Of a stretch of DNA of 54,940 bases, positions 37,014-46,490 are shown one piece after another. Both the position numbers and the translations under genes were made by a program. This DNA is from a phage, in the NCBI GenBank assembly GCA_025829515.1, contig GCA_025829515.1_4865.2. One strand, written 5' to 3'. The number at the start of each line of letters is the position of its first letter. The stretch's first letter is position 1. The notes below the pieces were generated by a model, which did not search any database, had not been told where the DNA came from, and was given only the letters and a program-made list of their open reading frames with translations.

Positions 37014-39251
37014 ATGAAAACACCAGTCGAACTCATGTCAAGCGTTGCTGACCGTGAGGTGAATATCACTGGCGTATCTGGGGCACGTGCCTCAATGGTG
37101 GGTGGACATATGAAGTCGGCGGTACCACTGGACAATCCAGATCCGACTATCCATTTTACCGGCGCTGATGTGAACTACCACGATTATTGTTTTAACGATA
37201 TCGTGGAAGACAGTGGTACCGTGTGCAGTTACACAACCAAAGAAGGTGTTACTCGTGCAGCTGTTTTTGCACGCTATGGTCGTGAAGGGGATCACGATCC
37301 GCTCCAACATGTTATCTTCTTCACGCGCGCAGATTTAACCAACCAGCGCAAAGTGATGATTGATGTAATCGATATCAAGTATTACACCAACCACGATAAC
37401 ATTTTCTCGTCTAAGAAAGAGGCTACTGGGAAACTTCAGGCGTTGCTGCGCGGGCAGACTCAGCACCTGGAAAAAGATGAAATGCTTACCGTGCTGCCGG
37501 CACAGAAAGACGGTGAGTTTGTCGATGGGGTCAACCTGCACACCGTGACAATGTCGCACCCGGACATTATCGAGGACTCGTACACCATCTCCGAAACTGC
37601 AGCGAAGGCGATGCACGCTTATGGTTTGCGTGCAATTGACTTTACCCTGCGCGACGACGAGTACCTGCTTGACACGTATGGGACAACGGGTATTGATGGC
37701 GTTCGTCGACCACAGTACCTGCCCAATAAAGGACAGGCAATTCGTGATGATGGGTTGGTTATTGCCGCGCGCCGTTTCGATAAGCTATGGGCAGCCATTG
37801 ACTCGCACGTAGGTGAAACACAACATATCTCTCCGCACTTCGACCGTTGTGAGTATGTTGATGCTGACCCTGAGCATTACAAAGCGCGTCAGGCTGGCGA
37901 CTTTGAAAAGATGGAACGTACTGGTTCTCGTGTCGTTGATATTCAGGTATGGCGGGACGAAACCAAATGCGATCGTGGTGTTAACAATATCGCATGTACC
38001 GAAGAGAACAAACGCGAGTTAGATCACTACGCGAACGCTTTGAAACGTTTTTACAATGATATCGTGCGGTTCTATTTTGCGATGTCCAAGGACAAGAATA
38101 TTGTCTGGTCACCGAAAGCGTTTGAGATTCTTGACAAGGCGTTCTGTTCTGAGACGTATGAAGTCTATAACGACTTCCGTGAAGAGATTGGTCGTGAATA
38201 CGATGAAGCCATGCGTAAAGGTGAGTATAACCGTTCTGCTGATAAGAACGTGTTAAACAAACTGGCGCAGCCGGTTCAGCGTGGTCTCTGGGACCCAATT
38301 GGTAGTTACACGATACGCATCGTGGTACGTTATCCAATCCCAGTTACCGTCTCATCGAAAATCACCGACCGTTCAGGTACAAAAGGTATCGTGGGCGCAG
38401 TGCGGCCTGATGAAGAAATGCCGATTAACGAGTTCGGAGAACGTGTGCACGTCATTCGTTCCATGAACGCCGTAATTCGTCGTTCGACTTATGCTGCGCT
38501 GTTCCACATGTATTGGTCTGCTGCATCCGAGCAGTTGAAGATGCGGTTGAAACCATTACTTGCTGCCAACCAGGTTGATGAAGCCTGGGAAATCCTGATG
38601 GACTATATCGATCGCTATAACCCACGCTGGACATTCTATCTCAATGCCAGTCACCCAGATACTGAGTCACGTCTGGAACTCTTTAAAGAGATTTACGACT
38701 TCACGATTCGTATCTGGCTTCCCCACGAATTGAATGCCACCCAGGTAGAAATCTGCCGTGCTCTAGGCGAGTATGCACCACGCAAGTCTAAGCTACTGAT
38801 TACTAACTATCAGGGTGAGAAAGAGTGGACGAAGAACCAGTTCTACGTCGGCATGGTAGAGACTCTGCGCCTGGATAAAACCGGTCGTGAGTTCTCCAGT
38901 ATCTCGTCGATGTACACGAACTATTTGGGTTGTATTGATGCATCCAACCAAGGACGTGGTTCATATCCGATTAACCTGAAAGGGTTGAAGTGGGGTGGTC
39001 CTTCCGAGCAGCGTCTTACCGACGGCTTTGGTCCGGGCAACTTCCCCGAAACTCATGACCGCGCTAATAACCCTGCGGTACACCGTGCGATCGTAACGGG
39101 GTTGTATAACTCGCCAACACCAACCAATCCGGGGGTGCTGGTCGATCGTAAGAAACTGCCAATGGGAGATTCGCAGATTGACAGGATGATACGTAACATC
39201 CATCGCTGTGAAGGTTTTGAATTAGTGCGTCCAATTCGGGAGGATAAATAA
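37014..39251 (+). CDS. multisubunit RNA polymerase beta-like subunit fragment (C-terminal region homolog)
   Basis: [38 protein letters not shown] aligns with E. coli beta [74 protein letters not shown] aligns with [33 protein letters not shown] RBS. Confidence 0.65.
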   Translation: [745 protein letters not shown]

Positions 39252-41356
39252 TGGCGGGTCGTTCTGTACACGTGCGTGATTTGCGTATGCTTAACTCTGA
39301 TCAGGTGTGGAAACTACGCGGGCGTTATTACGTGACATTCGACGATGGTAAGTCGTTGGAAATGTCTAGTCGCCACATCAAACTCAGCTGGCCGTATTGG
39401 GGTGTGTCGCGTCTGTATCCGCAGGTGCCCACTCCATCGACCATGGCGTATCGTCCAGGTCAGGTAGCAACAGATGACCTGCATCTGGACTTTATGTCGG
39501 AAGCAGCGGTACTGGCCCGTAAAGCAGGTGTCGACCTTGCTGAAACGCGTTATATCCTGAGTCAACATGTCTACGCCGATGCGTTCAACATGACAGTGAA
39601 GAACTTGCTGTCGTATTGTACGACAATCGACTTTGACACGATGATGGAGATCTACGACCACCCGAACTTCGAACTCATCCGTCAGTGGGAAGTGCAATAC
39701 CCTACTGGCTACGATGAAGATGGTCAGGATATGGTTGAAGAAGCGTACAAGCTTATCGAGAAAATCTTCAAAGACCCTGCGCTACGGTATAACCCGGTCG
39801 TGATGTCGGTACTGGACGGTACTGTGAAGATGAACCAGGTACTGCAAGCCTTCGTGCGTGGTAAAACGTCAGAAATTGACTCACGTGTATACACCAATCA
39901 GGTGTGGGAAGGCTTCTTTACCGGAATGCACTCGGTTATTTCGCGTTTGAAAGAATCCGGTGCAACATCACGTTCCCACTTGTACAACACTGACAAGATT
40001 GCCGAAGCAGAATACGCCTCACGTAAACTGCAGCTGGCAGCAAACGTACTGATGTATTTCACGTACGACGACTGCGGTACAACTCACGCACACCGCTACA
40101 CGTTTAAGGATACGCAGCTGGATGAGCGTGCCTATAAAGCGATGGTGGGGATGCGTTATCGTTTAGAAGGCGATAATGGTCCGTGGTTGAGATTTGAGAA
40201 AGGTGGATACGCAGACCTGGTTGGTAAACCGCTGGTCTTCCGTAGTGCAATGACCTGTAAAGAGATGGCGAATCAGTCCATCTGTGCGACCTGCATGGGG
40301 GATTTGATTTATAACCTCTCTGAAGGCACGTCACCGGGTCACCTGGCATCCACTTCCATCTCAGAAAAGGGTACACAGGGAATTCTCTCCACCAAGCACC
40401 TTGACTTCTTGCGTTATCTGCTCAACCTGGTACTCACGCCGAGAATGCGTGAGTACATGACCGAATACAAACATAACTCTCTGAAAGGGTTGTGCTTGCT
40501 ACCAAAACCACAGCGTGGTAATTGGTCAGAATACGAGTTGGTCGTTACCGACAAAGTTTATTCGGAGCTGAGCCAGATTGCGTATCATGAAGATCTCGAT
40601 GCAATCGATGAAACAGCATTGCCGGAAATCACCGACTTGACATTCCAGCGTCGTTTAGAAGATGGGCAAATCATCGCTGCAGATTCTATCGATGTGCGAA
40701 TGGGTGTTTGTGGGAACTTCTCTAAACCGTTCTTGCATTACTTCTTGAAACAACGTGCGAACATTCGTATCGAGAAGAAGACGGTTCAGATTCCTTTGAA
40801 AGGATGGAACCCGAAACACCCGGTACTGGTCTACACCAACCGTTCTGAATCGATGGCAGAATTCGTGGCAGGGTTAGAAACCAAGCTACGTTCAATCGCA
40901 GCCGATAAGAACGAAGACATTGTGGAAATCATCAACACAGCCTCGACTGTGAAGTTGAACAAGAAACAAGGTCGTGTGAAACCGGTAACGTTGGTTGAAA
41001 TGGGTGGTGCTACAGAGAAACAGTGTACTTATGCGTTGATGGATACGTTTAAGTACATCCAGCGTAAGCTGAGCGGTATACCGATGACGCACATTGCGAT
41101 TATGTTGGCGATATCTCGTGTAGAGTCACCAACCAATCCGTTCCCGGCAGTAGGATTTGACAGTGAGGATTCTACTAATGCCACCGGGAAACGGTTTGTC
41201 GATCACAACACGCTCATTAGTTTGCGCTCGGCAATTCCGATGTTGTTGTTTGAAGGACAGCAGGGGAATATCGATCGCGTTGGTTTTTATACCGAGTACA
41301 AAATCCCGGCATCGTTGTACGATGACCTAGGAGCCGCTGTGGTAATTGAGTTGTAA
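39251..41356 (+). CDS. multisubunit RNA polymerase beta'-like C-terminal fragment (trigger-loop region)
   Basis: CATCMGDLIYNLSEGTSPGHLASTSISEKGTQGILSTKHLD aligns with E. coli beta' [42 protein letters not shown]; TAATG overlap with the upstream gene. Confidence 0.65.
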   Translation: MAGRSVHVRDLRMLNSDQVWKLRGRYYVTFDDGKSLEMSSRHIKLSWPYWGVSRLYPQVPTPSTMAYRPGQVATDDLHLDFMSEAAVLARKAGVDLAETRYILSQHVYADAFNMTVKNLLSYCTTIDFDTMMEIYDHPNFELIRQWEVQYPTGYDEDGQDMVEEAYKLIEKIFKDPALRYNPVVMSVLDGTVKMNQVLQAFVRGKTSEIDSRVYTNQVWEGFFTGMHSVISRLKESGATSRSHLYNTDKIAEAEYASRKLQLAANVLMYFTYDDCGTTHAHRYTFKDTQLDERAYKAMVGMRYRLEGDNGPWLRFEKGGYADLVGKPLVFRSAMTCKEMANQSICATCMGDLIYNLSEGTSPGHLASTSISEKGTQGILSTKHLDFLRYLLNLVLTPRMREYMTEYKHNSLKGLCLLPKPQRGNWSEYELVVTDKVYSELSQIAYHEDLDAIDETALPEITDLTFQRRLEDGQIIAADSIDVRMGVCGNFSKPFLHYFLKQRANIRIEKKTVQIPLKGWNPKHPVLVYTNRSESMAEFVAGLETKLRSIAADKNEDIVEIINTASTVKLNKKQGRVKPVTLVEMGGATEKQCTYALMDTFKYIQRKLSGIPMTHIAIMLAISRVESPTNPFPAVGFDSEDSTNATGKRFVDHNTLISLRSAIPMLLFEGQQGNIDRVGFYTEYKIPASLYDDLGAAVVIEL

Positions 41357-41359
41357 ACC

Positions 41360-41386
41360 GAGGGGCCTTGCGCCCCTCTTTTTTTG
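41360..41386 (+). terminator. rho-independent terminator
   Basis: Stem gaggggc/gcccctc followed by a T-run. Confidence 0.6.
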
Positions 41387-41402
41387 TGCGAAGAGGGGCA
41401 GC

Positions 41403-43109
41403 ATGGTAGAAATTCAAATGACTTACACGAGTATGGGGGTACGGGTTGAAGTCCCCATCCGCCAGGCTGAAAGGGCCATACTCGCGTGGGCCGAAGAGAA
41501 TATGCACGCCCCAAAGATGGGCAAGCAACATGGACGAATAACTACGGAACGCGGCGATGCGTACTACGCCCACATTCCGTCTTTAAGGACATTCATTTTC
41601 CATAAAGTGTTCGCTGAGAAGATTAAACATATCCTCCAACGGGCAGCAATTGAATACGCTTTTCAGTACAAGCTTACAGAGCACCATCCCGAACGTGCAG
41701 AACCTTATAAGTGTACGTTTGATAATTACGGATTCGATCTCGAGGTCACCGATCCTAACTCGCGTTTCTATTATCAGAACGAAGTTAGCGAAGCGGCGAT
41801 GACCCCAGGTCGACAGCAGACAATATTTGCCATCCAGACCGGAGCTGGGAAATCTAAAAGCTTCATGAAAGTGGTTGTTAAGAAGGGTGTTAGGACAGGT
41901 CTTATCATTCGACCGACCTATGTTCCGAAGTGGATATTCGATACCACTGAAGACCCGACGGGCTTAAGGGAATCTCGCGACGGCGTGCTGGTTTGTACCG
42001 GTGTACAGGCCATCTACGACGCTCTGGAGATGGGTAAATCGGGTGAGCTGGATAGACGTGGGATTAAGCTGATAATCCTCCCTACGGTGACGCTACAGCG
42101 TTTCTTGAAGGAGTATATCAACACAGCCGCAACTAACCCTGTAGATTTGGATACGTTTTACGACGTACTGGGTATCGGGTTGTTGGGAATGGATGAGGTG
42201 CATGAGCATTTCCACCTGGTCTACATGGCAGGCGTAATGCTTAACCCGCCACCAAGTATTGAAATGTCTGCAACGCTAACTCCTGGTTCCAGTAAAGCGT
42301 TTATCGCTGAACGGTACATGGAGCGTTTCCCAATGGAGTGCCGTATCAGTATCCCTATCGTTCCGGTAGTCGACGTGAAAGCGTTGTACTACCGTTTAGA
42401 TGATAAGAAGTTTGCGTGGTGGGCGTCGAAGATGACGCCGTATAACCACAAACTCTTCGAAGGGAAACTGATTAAAGAGAACTTACACTTAGAATACGCA
42501 AACATGATTTGGGATGTGGTTGAGAAATCGTTTCTTAAGCGGTATCAGCCGGGTCAGAAATGTTTGATACTCTTTGCAACCGTTGCAATGTGTGAGTTCT
42601 TTACCGAGTATGTGAAAGATAAGTTGTCGCGTGACCCTGTATTTCACGCCTTAATGGTGTCGAAATATAATGCAGGTGATTCGTATGACGACTTTATCCA
42701 AGCAGACTTCTCTATCTCCACACCGGGGAAAGCGGGGACTGCGGTCGATAAACCTGGGTTGGTGCACATGTACATCTCAACCCCGGTAGAAGACCAGCAA
42801 CTGAACGAACAGATGGCCGGTCGTCCACGTAAGATTCTCCACAACGAGTGGGGTGAAATAGACCCAACGGTGTGGTTATTCCATGCGTATAACGTACCGA
42901 AGCATTGCAATTACCTGAATGCCCGCCAGAAATCACTCAAGGATGTCGTATTGTCGTTCCGCATCGCGACATCCCCCTACGTTGTAAGGAAATCACATGC
43001 TCACTCCGCCGCGTCCAGCAGAGCCACTGCCACCCTACATCGGAATGACTTTAGCAAGTTTTCTCGAAAACATTCTAAAGGCGTATCCCGGCGTAGAAGA
43101 CGTCGCTAA
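41403..43109 (+). CDS. DExH-box (SF2) helicase
   Basis: Walker A AIQTGAGKS and Walker B LGMDEVHEH; ORF track start 41346 runs through the terminator, the in-frame ATG at 41403 has GAGGGG upstream; the last ~40 codons are Arg-rich with rare codons and overlap the next ORF. Confidence 0.6.
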   Translation: MVEIQMTYTSMGVRVEVPIRQAERAILAWAEENMHAPKMGKQHGRITTERGDAYYAHIPSLRTFIFHKVFAEKIKHILQRAAIEYAFQYKLTEHHPERAEPYKCTFDNYGFDLEVTDPNSRFYYQNEVSEAAMTPGRQQTIFAIQTGAGKSKSFMKVVVKKGVRTGLIIRPTYVPKWIFDTTEDPTGLRESRDGVLVCTGVQAIYDALEMGKSGELDRRGIKLIILPTVTLQRFLKEYINTAATNPVDLDTFYDVLGIGLLGMDEVHEHFHLVYMAGVMLNPPPSIEMSATLTPGSSKAFIAERYMERFPMECRISIPIVPVVDVKALYYRLDDKKFAWWASKMTPYNHKLFEGKLIKENLHLEYANMIWDVVEKSFLKRYQPGQKCLILFATVAMCEFFTEYVKDKLSRDPVFHALMVSKYNAGDSYDDFIQADFSISTPGKAGTAVDKPGLVHMYISTPVEDQQLNEQMAGRPRKILHNEWGEIDPTVWLFHAYNVPKHCNYLNARQKSLKDVVLSFRIATSPYVVRKSHAHSAASSRATATLHRNDFSKFSRKHSKGVSRRRRRR

Positions 43110-43380
43110 GAAACTCTGCACCGACGCCACTATCAACCAGGCGTTTCATTACTACATGGTCACTGAACATTACAGCGGCCTGTTCCTTAACCAACGCGGG
43201 TTGACGTATTACGTCACCCGCACGTCAAGTATCCGTAACACTTCGTCGTACGAGTTATATACGTACGTGTTGTGGAATGAGAACCCGGCCGGTAGTGTCG
43301 ATCAGAATCCAAAGATGGCTTATCGTCTTTACTCTGAAAAATGGCACGATTGGGTGACTGTTCCACACGATGCAAGTTAA
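43045..43380 (+). CDS. hypothetical protein (start uncertain; overlaps helicase 3' end in another frame)
   Basis: Frame-1 ORF 42997..43380 has better codon usage than the helicase frame across the overlap; candidate starts at 42997 or 43045. Confidence 0.35.
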   Translation: MTLASFLENILKAYPGVEDVAKKLCTDATINQAFHYYMVTEHYSGLFLNQRGLTYYVTRTSSIRNTSSYELYTYVLWNENPAGSVDQNPKMAYRLYSEKWHDWVTVPHDAS

Positions 43381-43389
43381 TCACGTTTT

Positions 43390-43412
43390 GGGTGTATATT
43401 GTGTATACACCC
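43390..43412. promoter_or_regulatory. perfect 9-bp inverted repeat gggtgtata-ttgtg-tatacaccc upstream of the 43441 gene
   Basis: Perfect inverted repeat ~30 nt upstream of a start codon with no T-tract; candidate operator or RNA hairpin. Confidence 0.35.
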
Positions 43413-43440
43413 AACCCCTAATTGCAAAAGGATTATTACG

Positions 43441-44061
43441 ATGAGTCGTCGCAAAAAGAAACCCGCTTATAACCCACGTAAAGACGCACGCGATTTCGTC
43501 AAAGCGATGATGCAGTCTGTGTTGAAAAAACAAGCTGTGTTTATCGAAAGTACCGAATTCCTGTCAGGCAAAATTGATCGGGAGCGTGAAGTAACTGAAG
43601 CCATTGCGCACGAAGAGCTGAAAGCTTTCACGTTGAAAGCGCTGGATGAAGCACAAGCGGCATTCCTCGGCATGTGCCAACAAGGCAAAGAGCTGTTCGG
43701 TAAACTGATTGTTGAGGCAGATGCTAAGGCTGTGCCGGTGTTTGACATGCTGAACGATAACAGCAAAACCTGGAAAGAGGTTAAAGACCAGTTCCATGTC
43801 GACCACACCGAGCTGTCTTTGATTGACCAGCGGGCGAATATGCTCGCGATGGATATCCAGGGCACCAGTATCGAAATCTTCTCTACGTATAACGCGAAAG
43901 TGAAGTTCGTGAAGCAGGCGCTGAATAACGGGCATACCGTGGAACAAGCCGAAGTTCTGTTGGCTGAAGCTCTGGCTAATAATTCGAAAGAACTCCCTAA
44001 AAACGCCATCGTCGATCACAACGACGTCGTAGTAGAAACCGAGGAAGCGGCACATGTCTGA
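43441..44061 (+). CDS. hypothetical protein (basic N-terminus MSRRKKKP)
   Basis: In-frame ATG at 43441 with AAAAGGA RBS; ORF track start 43399 lacks an RBS. Confidence 0.55.
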   Translation: MSRRKKKPAYNPRKDARDFVKAMMQSVLKKQAVFIESTEFLSGKIDREREVTEAIAHEELKAFTLKALDEAQAAFLGMCQQGKELFGKLIVEADAKAVPVFDMLNDNSKTWKEVKDQFHVDHTELSLIDQRANMLAMDIQGTSIEIFSTYNAKVKFVKQALNNGHTVEQAEVLLAEALANNSKELPKNAIVDHNDVVVETEEAAHV

Positions 44062-46021
44062 GATCCAAGATCAGCGTCCGGGTAATGCCCGTCGCCCTAA
44101 TCCCGATCAGCCAGCCCCTGTGGCGGCTGCTACCCAACAAGAGATGATTCTTCCGACCGTGCCTGATGACGCGAATCCGGATGCAATCATCATGGCTATT
44201 AAACAAGCCAACCCCGATTTTTCTTTTGCCCGTGCAGAAGAAGTTTATCACCAACATTATCATCAGCCGGAGCCTAAGCTCGAGCGTCCGACGTTTGTAG
44301 AAGAAGCTTTGCCCGAACCGGCACCGGTACAGCCTGTAGCCCAGACCTTCTCTGAACAGGTGCACGAGCATATTCATCACGCCCCAGAACCGGTGGTAGA
44401 GAAAGCGCCTGCGGTAGAACCTGCTCCGCAGCCAAAAGCTCCGGAGGCGGTTGCACCGGCACAGCCGGCTGTAAAAGAAATGGAAGACGCAGCACCGAAG
44501 GTTCCGGAACAACAACAGGTGCGTGAGATTGACTTCGGTAATACCCATTTAGCTGAAACCGCCGAAATGGGTGAAGATGAAGCTGATCGTATCCTGACAC
44601 AGTCGAAGATGTTGATTGGTCTGAAACAAGACCCTAACATCATTGCAGACTCTCTGCAAAAGTTCCTCGGTAATATTAAACGTTCACCGAAAGACGGTCG
44701 GCTGCTGTTCGAAAGCCCTGAACAACAACAGGTTTACGACGACATCTATCGTGCTTTGAACATGACACCGCCACGTCTACAGGACGGCGTACCGGCATTC
44801 GCTGGTGCACTGGACCGTGGTGACACCGCTTGGGAACAGCGGGTGATGTTGCCGGACGGTAAGGCATCTGGTGCTATTGCACCGCGTGACAATATGCACA
44901 CTGGCGCGCTGGCTGCTTTGCGTCGTGTACGTAAGTCAGGTATTCCGAACATGGTTTGGCTGCCGGCCACAGGTATCTACGTGGGCTTCCGCGCACCGCA
45001 TGAACGCGACCTTTGTGATTTCGACATGCGTCTAACGCTGGAAACTGCGACCATCGGTATGCAGACCTACGGATTGATGCTGTCGTCGTCTTCTGGCGTG
45101 TACATGCGTCACATGGTTGAATTCGCACTTCAGTTTGTTACCGAAGCAACCATCGATTGTGCAGGTAACGATCTGCGTACGGTGCTGTTGGATACCATTG
45201 ATCTGGCTGACTACTGGCTGGTTATTCTGGGTCCGTTGCAGGCGAAGTGGCCGTCTGGTATTCCATGGACGCTGATGTGTGGCGAAGACGGTTGCACTCA
45301 GCAGGAAGATGTGAAGCTGAATATCGCACGTTGTATCCGTTTTGGTTCCGGTCTGTTTAGCGACCTGCAGAAACAACTGTGGGCACGTCAGCGCGGTACT
45401 GAGCGTCCAGTGATTTCTATTGCTGAACAGCGCGAATATATCGCGGCGCATCAGGTTGACCCATCCTCGGTATTTGAATACCACGACGTGCGTGTTGAAT
45501 TTGGCCGTTCTACCCTGGGTAGCTTCTTTGACTCCACCGAGAAGTGGATTGAAGACGTTAACGCGTCAACTACGGCAGCGCTGTCTGAATTTGCTACCGA
45601 GCGTGAACGTGAATCCCATATGCGTTTAACTGCGGAAGCCCGTCGCTTAACGCGCTACGCTCACATGGTGAAATCTATCACTGTTAATGAGCAACGTGAA
45701 GTAAACGGTGAAATGCAGGTTATCCCACAAACTGAAACCGACACAGCGAAAATCGTTGAGATGCTGGAAGAGCTGTCTTCCGACCGTATCTACGTTGGCC
45801 AGTTTGAAAACGCAATTGCTGAATACAACGAACGTACACGTTTAGCGGTATTCGGTTACATGGGTAAACGCTGCCCGGCGTGCGGTAAAACACACGGCGA
45901 GAAAGACGGTCTGTATCGTGGTATTGTTACCATCTCACCGGACAGGGTTTTTTTCGTGCTCTCTCGAGTGGTGTCCGAGATTCAGAAATTCTTGCTGGAT
46001 CAATACGCCGATATTGGCTAG
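44054..46021 (+). CDS. hypothetical protein with Pro/Ala-rich linker and C-terminal CxxC zinc-ribbon-like motif
   Basis: 655-aa ORF; PEPVVEKAPAVEPAPQPKAPEAVAPAQPAV low-complexity segment; CPACGKTHGEKDG near the C-terminus. Confidence 0.6.
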   Translation: MSEIQDQRPGNARRPNPDQPAPVAAATQQEMILPTVPDDANPDAIIMAIKQANPDFSFARAEEVYHQHYHQPEPKLERPTFVEEALPEPAPVQPVAQTFSEQVHEHIHHAPEPVVEKAPAVEPAPQPKAPEAVAPAQPAVKEMEDAAPKVPEQQQVREIDFGNTHLAETAEMGEDEADRILTQSKMLIGLKQDPNIIADSLQKFLGNIKRSPKDGRLLFESPEQQQVYDDIYRALNMTPPRLQDGVPAFAGALDRGDTAWEQRVMLPDGKASGAIAPRDNMHTGALAALRRVRKSGIPNMVWLPATGIYVGFRAPHERDLCDFDMRLTLETATIGMQTYGLMLSSSSGVYMRHMVEFALQFVTEATIDCAGNDLRTVLLDTIDLADYWLVILGPLQAKWPSGIPWTLMCGEDGCTQQEDVKLNIARCIRFGSGLFSDLQKQLWARQRGTERPVISIAEQREYIAAHQVDPSSVFEYHDVRVEFGRSTLGSFFDSTEKWIEDVNASTTAALSEFATERERESHMRLTAEARRLTRYAHMVKSITVNEQREVNGEMQVIPQTETDTAKIVEMLEELSSDRIYVGQFENAIAEYNERTRLAVFGYMGKRCPACGKTHGEKDGLYRGIVTISPDRVFFVLSRVVSEIQKFLLDQYADIG

Positions 46022-46065
46022 ACCAGGAAGACGTTCCGTCCGAGCAAATCATTACAACGCTCAAG

Positions 46066-46437
46066 ATGGATACCACCTCTCTCTTCAAGCAGCGTAGCAC
46101 ACGTCCTATTACGTATCAGGAAGCCCATAACGAGCTTCTGGAAGCGTATGACCGTACACTGGCTCTTAATACCGGCGACCATCAGGTAGGGTTGTCGGAT
46201 TTTGAAAACCCGGTATACGGTAGTCTTTACGATATCTGGTACGCCACTTACTTACGTGAAGAGGTCGGTGAAAACTACCGGATGTCGATAGACGAGTTCC
46301 TCGACCGTCCCCGCTGGCAGATACTGCTGATGCTCGACAATATCCGTCGTCGCAAAGCGATTATCGCCAAAGCCGGCGAACAGGTGGCAGGTGAACGTGC
46401 GCTAAAGGAGCTGGAGAAAGATCTGACGGGACATTAA
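46066..46437 (+). CDS. hypothetical protein
   Basis: 123-aa ORF followed by a terminator. Confidence 0.5.
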   Translation: MDTTSLFKQRSTRPITYQEAHNELLEAYDRTLALNTGDHQVGLSDFENPVYGSLYDIWYATYLREEVGENYRMSIDEFLDRPRWQILLMLDNIRRRKAIIAKAGEQVAGERALKELEKDLTGH

Positions 46438-46445
46438 TAGAAATT

Positions 46446-46476
46446 CGGGGCTTCGGCCCCGTTTTCTTTTTTTTAT
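46446..46476 (+). terminator. rho-independent terminator
   Basis: Stem cggggc/gccccg with UUCG loop followed by ttttcttttttttat. Confidence 0.65.
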
Positions 46477-46490
46477 TCGCCTTGGTATGA

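Noticed and set aside
43467-44548. Minus-strand ORFs of 163-183 aa overlapping plus genes 43441..44061 and 44054..46021
   Set aside because: Antisense to well-supported plus-strand genes in a unidirectional cluster; Arg/Cys-rich low-complexity translations
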